Source of the DNA: a virus
Strand: one strand, 5' to 3'
Virus record (IMG/VR): IMGVR_UViG_3300044729_000291
Span: 1 to 35,347 of that record
Length of the DNA stretch: 35,347 nucleotides
The position numbers were made by a program, and so were the translations under genes. Each line of letters opens with the position of its first letter. Within the stretch, counting starts at the first letter, position 1. A model generated the notes under the pieces. That model searched no databases and was not told where the DNA came from. It saw only the letters and a program-made list of their open reading frames with translations. Below are positions 1 through 7,270 of the stretch, piece after piece.

Positions 1-127
1 ATACAAAGGCACCATCAGCCTGCCATCGCCAGTGGTGCGAACGCCGTGGGTCTGGATGCCCTTGCGTTTCAAGTAGGGGTGATCGGGATGGGCCGCTATG
101 CCACTGAGCCATATCTTTTCTACCGTC
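1..127. repeat. Terminal overlap, copy 1 (identical to 35221..35347)
   Basis: Read directly: nt 1-127 (atacaaaggcaccatcagcc ... atatcttttctaccgtc) recur base-for-base at 35221-35347. The repeat lies inside a coding region, so it marks circular closure or terminal redundancy rather than a functional element. Confidence 0.95.
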
Positions 128-519
128 TCGCTGGCTACCTTGTGCTGGCGTTCTTGGGCCGCTTCGCGCAGGACTTTGGACTCGTTTATTCGTCTGGCGT
201 GGGCCATTTCCTCAAATTCGGTCAGCTTTCGGCCAACATCAGCTCGCCAAGTGATTTCCATGCCGGCCCTCCAGCAGCCGAACCGCCCTGCCGGGATGCC
301 ATCACCGAACACTAAATACCAGCCGGGCTTGTCACCGTGTCCGGGGGAGCCTTTGGTGCCGGATCGGAAGCGGTGGATTTTGCCGTCAAAGTGGATCTCG
401 TCCGGTGGCTCTAGACCGGCTGCTTTCATGGCGTCGATTAGTTGAACTCCGGGCGGGGCTACCAGCTTTTCGGGGGGTGGGGCCCAGGGCCCACCGAGCA
501 CGTTTTCCAGGTTAGCCAT
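1..519 (-). CDS. Primase-helicase, N-terminal 173 codons (continues at 35220 after circular joining)
   Basis: ATG is the complement of 517-519. My translation is MANLENVLGGPWAPPPEKLVAPPGVQLIDAMKAAGLEPPDEIHFDGKIHRFRSGTKGSPGHGDKPGWYLVFGDGIPAGRFGCWRAGMEITW..., open to nt 1 and in frame with ORF 33721..35292. The GWY..FGDG..G.FG.WR pattern is typical of the N-terminal domain of P4-alpha/TraC-type phage and plasmid primases. It is absent from the ORF track, presumably because it has no stop inside the window edge. Confidence 0.85.
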   Translation of the reverse strand, partial: MANLENVLGGPWAPPPEKLVAPPGVQLIDAMKAAGLEPPDEIHFDGKIHRFRSGTKGSPGHGDKPGWYLVFGDGIPAGRFGCWRAGMEITWRADVGRKLTEFEEMAHARRINESKVLREAAQERQHKVASETVEKIWLSGIAAHPDHPYLKRKGIQTHGVRTTGDGRLMVPLY

Positions 520-694
520 GTGTCACCGCCTGCTTATCTGCCCTCAATGATCCCTCGGTTTTGACCTCCAGCTCATACTGCCTGCCCATTGGGGGCGTTT
601 CTCCCCACTGATAGATCACCTGGGGCCACACATCAAGCGCATCGGCCAGCTTTTTTAAGCTGCCGAAATAGGCAATTGCTTCCTCGGTTTTCAT
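512..694 (-). CDS. Cro/YdaS-like short HTH regulator (60 aa)
   Basis: The track ORF 512..805 would run through the divergent promoter. I start at the internal ATG (692-694), which is preceded by AAGGAAGG (complement of 703-710). MKTEEAIAYFGSLKKLADALDVWPQVIYQWGE... resembles Cro/YdaS-type regulators. Its TAA (512-514) overlaps the primase ATG (517-519). Confidence 0.7.
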   Translation of the reverse strand: MKTEEAIAYFGSLKKLADALDVWPQVIYQWGETPPMGRQYELEVKTEGSLRADKQAVTHG

Positions 695-721
695 GTTTTC
701 CGCCTTCCTTGAAATAATATG

Positions 722-750
722 TTGACATGGTAGCATCATTTCATTATATT
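722..750 (+). promoter_or_regulatory. Sigma70-like early rightward promoter
   Basis: TTGACA at 722-727, a 17-nt spacer, then TATATT at 745-750. It sits about 58 nt upstream of the first + strand gene (AAGGAG 794-799, ATG 808). Confidence 0.6.
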
Positions 751-807
751 GTCCATATCGCCTCACCCAGACACTTTTCTGACCGAGGCATAAAAGGAGA
801 AGCAAAG

Positions 808-1134
808 ATGGACACTTCCAAAAAAATCACACTCGCGACGTTTAAATCTTTTGTCAAAAAAAATCGTGAGCAATTGCTGATTAACGTCGGCAGTAAATTT
901 GACGGAATGACCGATTGCGTTCAATCGACAAACGACGGTGGATTTTCCGCAGCACTTAATTCTGACACGCCGTTTAGCAACAATCTCGGCATTGCTGGTG
1001 TGTGGCTTGTTGGCGGTTCGCGTGATTATTTTTCCCCGATCAACGAAAACGGACTCAGCGGAATCAGAGCATCAAACTGCTGCGGTTCATTCACGATTGC
1101 TGTCCGCAATGCAGCCGAGCAGGTGGCAGCATGA
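808..1134 (+). CDS. Hypothetical early protein (108 aa)
   Basis: Internal ATG of track ORF 727..1134, chosen because AAGGAG lies 8 nt upstream and the longer form overlaps the promoter. I recognise no family. Confidence 0.7.
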   Translation: MDTSKKITLATFKSFVKKNREQLLINVGSKFDGMTDCVQSTNDGGFSAALNSDTPFSNNLGIAGVWLVGGSRDYFSPINENGLSGIRASNCCGSFTIAVRNAAEQVAA

Positions 1135-1502
1135 GCACCGAACCCTGCCTCTGCGGTGCCACAGACTGCCCTCGCTGTTACCCGGGTTACCGCCCGGAGC
1201 CGAGCGACCGGCACATAAATCTGGCGCTGGATACAGTGATTGATGTCTTGCTGGATTTTGGCCAGTGGCCTCCAAACGGTCGAGCTCAATTCGACCTTTA
1301 CGATTTCCTGCTCGAAAACCGAGATCCTTCCTTTGCTTGGGAAATGTATCTTTCCAGTTTTTCATCGAACACCGAGGCATTCGCCGACCGCATCGAGCGT
1401 GAGAGCAAGAAAGTTAGGTGCATGATTGAAGATCATTTGATCGACTCCGACATCGTTTACGACTTGGCGTGCGAATACGCCGCCGAGGAAAACGAAGAAT
1501 GA
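1131..1502 (+). CDS. Hypothetical strongly acidic early protein with an N-terminal Cys4 motif (123 aa)
   Basis: ATGA overlap with the upstream gene. CLCGATDCPRCY near the N-terminus. By my count 26 D/E versus 10 K/R. The C-terminus is ...EYAAEENEE. Confidence 0.75.
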   Translation: MSTEPCLCGATDCPRCYPGYRPEPSDRHINLALDTVIDVLLDFGQWPPNGRAQFDLYDFLLENRDPSFAWEMYLSSFSSNTEAFADRIERESKKVRCMIEDHLIDSDIVYDLACEYAAEENEE

Positions 1503-1582
1503 GTATCTCTGAAGTCTGCTTCTGGGTCTGCGTTGTTGGCGGAGTGATTACTTTTGCAATCTTAATTTTTACTGAGGGGTAA
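1499..1582 (+). CDS. Candidate 27-aa hydrophobic micropeptide
   Basis: Hand translation gives MSISEVCFWVCVVGGVITFAILIFTEG. Its ATG overlaps the upstream TGA (ATGA at 1499-1502) and its TAA overlaps the downstream ATG (TAATG at 1580-1584). It exactly fills an otherwise unassigned 80-nt gap and is below the ORF-track length cutoff. Confidence 0.4.
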   Translation: MSISEVCFWVCVVGGVITFAILIFTEG

Positions 1583-2262
1583 TGATGGCTATCAAGCTGA
1601 AAAATACCGGCAGCCTTGCCGAAAATGGCGTGAAGTTATTGGTATACGGTGCCGCTGGCGCCGGTAAGACCACGCTCATCAAGACGCTGCCGAACGTGAT
1701 TGTGCTCAGTGCCGAGGGTGGTTTGTTGTCCATCCAGGATGCCAACCTACCATATTTGGAAATCGGCAGCATGGAGGATTTGCGCGAAGCCTTTACTTGG
1801 TGCAAAGAAAGCAAAGAGGCCGCGGGCTTTGAATCTGTGGTGCTGGACAGCATTTCCGAAGTGGCCGAAGTCGTGCTGCATGAGGAATTGAAGAAACAAA
1901 AGGATGGCCGGGCGGCATATGGTGAGATGAACAGCACCATGCAGGACTTGATCCGCGCCTTTCGTGACCTGCCCAACAAGCACGTTTTTATGACCGCCAA
2001 GCTGGAGAAAAGCGCCGACGAAATGGGTCGGATTCTTTATAACCCAGGAATGCCCGGCAAGAGCCTGACTCAAGGACTGCCCTACTTTTTCGATGAAGTG
2101 CTGGCGCTGCGGGTCGAGAAGGATGCCGAGGGCACTACCCAAAGGGCTTTGATGTGCGACTCGGATGGGCTGTGGCTGGCAAAAGATCGCTCCGGCAAGC
2201 TGGAAGCATGGGAAGCACCTGATCTGGGTGCCATTATTGCCAAGATCGGTGGCAAAAAATGA
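1582..2262 (+). CDS. Sak4-like RecA-fold ATPase (AAA_24 family), ssDNA annealing/recombination
   Basis: Walker A LLVYGAAGAGKTTL. Length about 225 aa. Classic phage context next to a DUF669 protein. The start could be either ATG 1582 or ATG 1585. Confidence 0.85.
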   Translation: MMAIKLKNTGSLAENGVKLLVYGAAGAGKTTLIKTLPNVIVLSAEGGLLSIQDANLPYLEIGSMEDLREAFTWCKESKEAAGFESVVLDSISEVAEVVLHEELKKQKDGRAAYGEMNSTMQDLIRAFRDLPNKHVFMTAKLEKSADEMGRILYNPGMPGKSLTQGLPYFFDEVLALRVEKDAEGTTQRALMCDSDGLWLAKDRSGKLEAWEAPDLGAIIAKIGGKK

Positions 2263-2645
2263 GCGACCTTAAAACCCTGAGTGCCGAGTGGCTGGTCTGC
2301 AAATACGCAGAGGAAAAGGCCACGACTGATCGCCGCAAGATCGAAGATCAGATGGTCAAGCTGCTGGCGATTCCGCCAGACTTTGAGTCTACCGAAACCG
2401 CAGAGCCGGAAGGCTTTGTGGTCAAAGTCTCGGGCCGGATTGACCGAAAAGTTGATTCCGAAAAGCTGCAAGAGCTGGCCGCTGAAGCCGGATTGTCTGA
2501 GCATCTTGCCAAGCTGTTCAGGTGGAAACCGGAAATCAACATGGCGATCTGGAAGGCCGCAGATGAAGCAATTACCCGTCCGTTAGCTGCAGCAATCACG
2601 GCCAAGCCTGGCCGCCCGTCTTTTAAAATCACTTTCAAGGATTAA
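2259..2645 (+). CDS. Hypothetical protein (128 aa) between Sak4 and DUF669
   Basis: ATGA overlap with the Sak4-like gene. Charged and probably helical. No family recognised. Confidence 0.75.
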   Translation: MSDLKTLSAEWLVCKYAEEKATTDRRKIEDQMVKLLAIPPDFESTETAEPEGFVVKVSGRIDRKVDSEKLQELAAEAGLSEHLAKLFRWKPEINMAIWKAADEAITRPLAAAITAKPGRPSFKITFKD

Positions 2646-2648
2646 ATC

Positions 2649-3146
2649 ATGGCTTTCTTAACTGAAGAATTCAACGTCAACGAACTGCCGCAAGGAAAAG
2701 GCAACTTTGAGCCGCTGCCTGCTGGCTGGTATTCCGCCACCATCTCGCAGTCCGAACTCAAGGACACCAAGGCCGGGAACGGTCAATACATCAAACTGCG
2801 TTACGACATCACTGGCCCGACTCACCAGGGCCGGGTGGTGTTTGGGAACTTGAACATCAAGAACCCCAATCCCAAAGCCGAGGAAATCGGACGGGCGCAG
2901 TTGGGCGACATCATGCGTGCCATCGGGCTGGCCAAGGTCACTGACACTGATCAACTGATCGGCGGCGAGCTTGTGATCAAGCTGGAAATCAAACAGGACG
3001 AGACTTACGGGGCTGGTAACGAAGTCAAAGGCTTTAAGTCTGCCTCCGGCAGTCCGGCACCTGCCGCCGCGGTGATCCCTGCCACGGCCAAGTCACCTGC
3101 TGCGGCAGCACCCACCAAGGCCGCACCGCCTTGGGCTAAGAAGTAA
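2649..3146 (+). CDS. DUF669-family phage ssDNA-binding-like protein
   Basis: The N-terminus ...FEPLPAGWYSATI...ELKDTKAGNGQYIKLRYDI..G...GR.VF..LNI.N and the Ala/Pro-rich disordered tail fit DUF669, the usual partner of Sak4. Confidence 0.8.
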   Translation: MAFLTEEFNVNELPQGKGNFEPLPAGWYSATISQSELKDTKAGNGQYIKLRYDITGPTHQGRVVFGNLNIKNPNPKAEEIGRAQLGDIMRAIGLAKVTDTDQLIGGELVIKLEIKQDETYGAGNEVKGFKSASGSPAPAAAVIPATAKSPAAAAPTKAAPPWAKK

Positions 3147-3156
3147 GACAAAAAAA

Positions 3157-3184
3157 GCCCAGGCCAGCGTCAACTGGTCTGGGC
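3157..3184 (+). terminator. GC-rich hairpin between the recombination module and the helicase-MTase gene
   Basis: gcccaggccag (3157-3167), loop cgtcaa, ctggtctgggc (3174-3184): 11 bp with one G-T pair. An A7 run lies upstream and only a weak T content downstream, so it is not a canonical + strand terminator. Confidence 0.35.
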
Positions 3185-3211
3185 ATTAACTTACAAGGTA
3201 GAGGTTAGATT

Positions 3212-5407
3212 ATGGATTATGAGTTATTTGTAAGCAACAAACGTCGAGCAGAGCTTGCGACGGGTCATAAACCAGGCAATCTTAACGAGCATCTTTTTGA
3301 CTTTCAGCACGCCATTGTTTCATGGGCTGTGCGCCGTGGCCGCGCTGCTATTTTTGCAGACACGGGCCTTGGAAAGACTCTAATGCAACTTGCATGGGCT
3401 GATGAGGTTTCTACACATACCGGGGGCATGGTGCTTATCCTTGCGCCTTTGGCAGTATCTGAGCAGACGATTGAGCAGGGCCAGACTTTTGGCATTGAGG
3501 TCAAGCGCGTGGCTCATGGTGGCACGCCAGACAGTCCTGGCATTTGGATTACAAATTATGAGCGCATAGAGCCAGTTCAGTTTGACGAGTTGCATGGATT
3601 GGTGCTGGATGAGTCAAGCATTTTGAAGGCCCACGACGGCAAAACAAGAACAAAAATTATTGCATCTGCTCAAGGCGTGCCGTATCGACTAAGTTGCACA
3701 GCAACGCCAAGCCCAAATGACTTTGATGAACTTGGCAATCAGTGTGAGTTTTTAGGAGTAATGACTCGCACTGAAATGTTAGCCACTTACTTTAAAAACG
3801 ATACCGGAGATACTGGGTCTTGGATTCTAAAAGGATGGGGCCAGTCTAGGTTTTGGGAGTGGATGGGGTCTTGGTCTGTGGTGCTACGCAATCCGGTTGA
3901 TATTGGATTTGATGGTTCTAATTACATTTTGCCTGAGCCTGAATATATTGAGCACGTTATCCAATCTGATCAAGGTGGAGACCTGTTTGCGAAGCCAGCG
4001 CAAACAATGCTAGAGCGCCGCCAAGCGCAGCGTGGAAGCATTGAGCAACGGTGCCGCGCATTGGCTGATGTGGTTAACGCTAACCCGTCAGAGCCTTGGT
4101 TGATATGGTGCCACTTAAACGACGAAGCTGAAATGCTTGAGTCGTTGATTGATGGCTCCGTCAATGTGCAGGGCAGTGATAAGCCAGAAACAAAATCCGC
4201 TAGGATGCTTGACTTCACGCATGGCAAATTGCGAGTTCTTATTTCCAAGCCGAAGATATGCGGTTTTGGCATGAATTGGCAACACTGCGCTCGCATGGCA
4301 TTTGTTGGCCTTGATGATTCATTTGAGAAGTTTTACCAAGCAGTGCGCCGGTGTTATCGCTTTGGACAAAAGCGCAAAGTCGTTGTGCATATGTTTACCG
4401 CTGAGAATGAAGGCCAAATTCTAGCCAATTTGAAACGAAAAGAAGTCCAACACCACGAAATGAGTGCAAACATGATTGACCACATGAAAGACATCATGAA
4501 TCAAGAGCTTGCCGGAATTAATAATATAGTCGAGGAATACCAAGAGGCAACGCACGAAGGTGACGGGTATACGGTTTACCTTGGAGACTGCGTGAAATGG
4601 ACGCGCCGCATGGAAGATAACAGCATCGACTACTCTGTGTTTAGTCCGCCGTTTGCTGATTTGTTTGTTTACTCAAACAGCGATCACGACATGGGCAACT
4701 GCAAGAATGATGCTGAGTTTGTAGCTCAACTGCGCTATTTGATTTCTGAATTGTTCAGGGTCATTAAGCCTGGTCGAAATGTTTCATTCCATTGCATGAA
4801 TTTGCCAACAACAAAGATGCGCCAAGGCTTTATTGGCTTGCGTGATTTTCGGGGAGATTTGATTAGAGCATTTCAAGATGTCGGGTTTATTTACCATTCT
4901 GAGGTTTGCATATGGAAAGACCCAGTAGTTGCTATGCAGCGCACAAAAGCACTTGGATTGCTGCATAAAACTATTCGTGAAAACAGCACCATGAGCAGAA
5001 TGGGGCTTCCTGACTACGTTGTAACGATGAGAAAGCCGGGCGACTGCGAGGAACGCGTAAAGCACAACGATAGTGATGATCTTCCGGTTGAATTATGGCA
5101 AAAGTATGCAAGTCCTATATGGGATGACATCAACCAAAGCAGAACACTTAACAAGCTGCCAGCTAGAGACGAAAACGACACAAAGCATATGTGTCCGCTT
5201 CAGCTTGATGTGATCGAGCGTTGCATTCATCTTTGGACAAATAAAGGGGATTTAATTTTTAGCCCGTTTACCGGAATTGGCTCTGAAGGTTACTCAGCCA
5301 TAAAGATGGGCAGACGCTTTGTTGGCACTGAGTTAAAGCCTCAATACTTTGAGCTTGCATGCCAAAATATTGATGATGCAAAGCAAGATCAAAAAGGATT
5401 ATTTTAA
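3212..5407 (+). CDS. SNF2/SF2 helicase fused to a beta-class N6A/N4C DNA methyltransferase (731 aa)
   Basis: Helicase motifs: ADTGLGKT (aa 49-56), LVLDESS (aa 130-135), TATP (aa 163-166), QAVRRCYRFGQ (aa 376-386). MTase motifs in the order IV then I: SPPF (aa 478-481), HMCPLQLDVIERCI, then FSPFTGIGS (aa 683-691). That order is typical of the N6_N4_Mtase family. Confidence 0.85.
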   Translation: MDYELFVSNKRRAELATGHKPGNLNEHLFDFQHAIVSWAVRRGRAAIFADTGLGKTLMQLAWADEVSTHTGGMVLILAPLAVSEQTIEQGQTFGIEVKRVAHGGTPDSPGIWITNYERIEPVQFDELHGLVLDESSILKAHDGKTRTKIIASAQGVPYRLSCTATPSPNDFDELGNQCEFLGVMTRTEMLATYFKNDTGDTGSWILKGWGQSRFWEWMGSWSVVLRNPVDIGFDGSNYILPEPEYIEHVIQSDQGGDLFAKPAQTMLERRQAQRGSIEQRCRALADVVNANPSEPWLIWCHLNDEAEMLESLIDGSVNVQGSDKPETKSARMLDFTHGKLRVLISKPKICGFGMNWQHCARMAFVGLDDSFEKFYQAVRRCYRFGQKRKVVVHMFTAENEGQILANLKRKEVQHHEMSANMIDHMKDIMNQELAGINNIVEEYQEATHEGDGYTVYLGDCVKWTRRMEDNSIDYSVFSPPFADLFVYSNSDHDMGNCKNDAEFVAQLRYLISELFRVIKPGRNVSFHCMNLPTTKMRQGFIGLRDFRGDLIRAFQDVGFIYHSEVCIWKDPVVAMQRTKALGLLHKTIRENSTMSRMGLPDYVVTMRKPGDCEERVKHNDSDDLPVELWQKYASPIWDDINQSRTLNKLPARDENDTKHMCPLQLDVIERCIHLWTNKGDLIFSPFTGIGSEGYSAIKMGRRFVGTELKPQYFELACQNIDDAKQDQKGLF

Positions 5408-5673
5408 TGGGAACTCGAAACGACTCCATTTTAGACCGTAACGAATATCTGAGCCGTTCGCGTGAATTTGCGTTGCGTGGTCAAGAGCTGCCGCAAACAA
5501 AGCTATCAGACCTTGACGTAATCGCCATCAGAAGTGCTGCGCGACAACGGGAGAGTTTACGCCAGCACATCCGCAGCAATCTTAGTAACGACGCATTGGC
5601 TAGTAATTTTGGCGTGCATGTCAGGACTGTTGAGAAAATCCTTCAATACAAAACATGGAGTCACCTTGTATGA
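5407..5673 (+). CDS. Small putative HTH DNA-binding protein (88 aa)
   Basis: TAATG overlap with the upstream gene. The C-terminal LASNFGVHVRTVEKILQYKTW looks like a helix-turn-helix. Confidence 0.65.
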   Translation: MGTRNDSILDRNEYLSRSREFALRGQELPQTKLSDLDVIAIRSAARQRESLRQHIRSNLSNDALASNFGVHVRTVEKILQYKTWSHLV

Positions 5674-6695
5674 CTGCGATACCTGAGAACACAAACAACA
5701 TCGAAAGCCTGATCGACAAGCACCACGAAGGCCAGTCCGAAGTGCCGCGTTCCCATCTTGGCGCCAGCACGCTGGGCCATGTTTGCGACCGCTGGCTGTG
5801 GCTGTCTTTCCGATGGGCGGTGCAGCCGAGCTTCCCGGGCCGCATCCTCCGCCTGTTTCGCCGTGGCCGTGAGGAGGAAGTTAATATTATCAACGACCTT
5901 CGCGCTATCGGGATGGATGTGAGAAAGGTGTCAAGCCAGCATCGGGTGGACTTTGGGAGCCATGTGTCTGGGAGCCTCGATGCCATCATCGACTCTGGCG
6001 TGCCGGAAGCGCCAAGGTCAAAGCATATTGCTGAGTTCAAGACTGCCTCAAAGAAAGCATTCGATTCCTTGGTCAAGGATGGCGTGGAGAAATCAAAGCC
6101 AGAGCACTATGTCCAGATGCAGGTCTACATGGCCGGAACCAAGATAGACCGCGCCCTGTATCTGACCGTCTGCAAGGATGATGACCGCATCCATACCGAG
6201 CGAGTGAAATACGATAAGACCGTAGCAACCAAGGCCATCGAGCGCGGCAAGCGCATCGCCATGGCTGACAGGATGCCTGAACCGATCAGTTCAGATCCGA
6301 GCTGGTATCAGTGCAAATTCTGCGATGCCCACGACTTCTGCCATCAGTCCAAGACCACAAAGCACGTGAACTGCCGCACCTGCGCTCATGCCACAGCATT
6401 GCAGGATTCTACCTGGCATTGCGCCAGATGGGATGCTGTAATCCCATATGATACCCAGAAAGAAGGCTGCGAATCTCACGTTCTGCATCCTGACCTAGTG
6501 CCGTGGAAGCGCAAGGACGGGCCGGATGAGTGGACAGCCATTTATGAAATCAACGGGGTCGATCTGGCCAACGGAGAGGGTGACGCGAATGTTTACACCA
6601 GTAAAGAGTTACTCGCCAACCCTGCTGCCTGCGCTGGTGGAGATCCGTTCGTGGCTGAGTTGCGGCAGGAATTTGATGGAAGGATTGTGGGGTGA
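5670..6695 (+). CDS. PD-(D/E)XK Cas4-like exonuclease with Fe-S Cys motif and a Cys-rich C-terminal extension
   Basis: Start placed at the ATGA overlap (5670). Residues numbered in the track ORF that starts at 5655: D109 (GSLDAII), E127-x-K129 (AEFKT), N-terminal Cys (GHVCDRW), and C-x2-C-x5-C (CKFCDAHDFC), as in Cas4/AddB. Further Cys/His residues occur at aa 240-275. Confidence 0.8.
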   Translation: MTAIPENTNNIESLIDKHHEGQSEVPRSHLGASTLGHVCDRWLWLSFRWAVQPSFPGRILRLFRRGREEEVNIINDLRAIGMDVRKVSSQHRVDFGSHVSGSLDAIIDSGVPEAPRSKHIAEFKTASKKAFDSLVKDGVEKSKPEHYVQMQVYMAGTKIDRALYLTVCKDDDRIHTERVKYDKTVATKAIERGKRIAMADRMPEPISSDPSWYQCKFCDAHDFCHQSKTTKHVNCRTCAHATALQDSTWHCARWDAVIPYDTQKEGCESHVLHPDLVPWKRKDGPDEWTAIYEINGVDLANGEGDANVYTSKELLANPAACAGGDPFVAELRQEFDGRIVG

Positions 6696-7270
6696 GAGTT
6701 TTAATTGCCTGTGAGTTTTCCGGCATTGTGCGCCGAGCCTTTGCAGCGCGTGGGCATGAGGCCTGGTCATGCGATCTGCTGCCGTCAGATGACCGCACTG
6801 ATTTTCACATCGTAGGCGATGCCAGAGACATTTTGAATGACGGCTGGGATTTGCTGATGGTGGCGCATCCACCCTGCACTAGGTTATGCAATTCAGGGGT
6901 GCGCTGGCTGGCAGAGCGCAATCTGTGGCCTGAACTTAAGGATGCTGCCGACTTGTTTTCTGCGTTTTGGAATGCGCCCATTGAGCGCATCTGCGTAGAG
7001 AATCCGGTCATGCACAAGCACGCAAAGGCACTCATCCATAACTATCTGGCGCCAGCGCAATCAGTGCAGCCGTGGCAGTTCGGGCATGGGGAAACGAAGC
7101 GAACCTGTTTATGGCTGCGGAACCTGCCGAAACTAACTCCGACCAATATTGTCGATGGCCGCGAGGCTCGTGTGCATCGGATGCCTCCAGGACCAAACCG
7201 CTGGCGAGAGCGTTCGCGGTTTTTTCCCGGCATTGCTGACGCAATGGCAGATCAATGGGGTGGGCTTTAA
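6692..7270 (+). CDS. C5-cytosine-methyltransferase-like protein, 192 aa, essentially lacking a target-recognition domain
   Basis: GTG start in a GTGA overlap, with GGAAGGA upstream. Motif-like strings appear in canonical order: ACEFSGIV (motif I-like), AHPPCTRLCNSG (PC motif IV), VENPV (ENV motif VI), ETKRTCLWLRNLP (VIII-like), RSRFFPGIADAMADQW (IX/X-like). Confidence 0.65.
   Translation: MRVLIACEFSGIVRRAFAARGHEAWSCDLLPSDDRTDFHIVGDARDILNDGWDLLMVAHPPCTRLCNSGVRWLAERNLWPELKDAADLFSAFWNAPIERICVENPVMHKHAKALIHNYLAPAQSVQPWQFGHGETKRTCLWLRNLPKLTPTNIVDGREARVHRMPPGPNRWRERSRFFPGIADAMADQWGGL

Noticed and set aside
1-127. Interpreting the 127-nt terminal repeat as a biological direct terminal repeat or cos-type end
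   Set aside because: The repeat lies in the middle of an essential coding sequence, and its length equals a commonly used assembler k-mer. The P22-like terminase/portal module suggests headful packaging. The question cannot be settled without reads, so only circular closure is claimed.
46-445. Track ORFs 46..315 (+) and 98..445 (+) at the window start
   Set aside because: They lie antisense to the N-terminal 173 codons of the primase-helicase, which has recognisable primase motifs, a proper ATG and coupling to the Cro-like gene. The + strand products are low-complexity and have no RBS.
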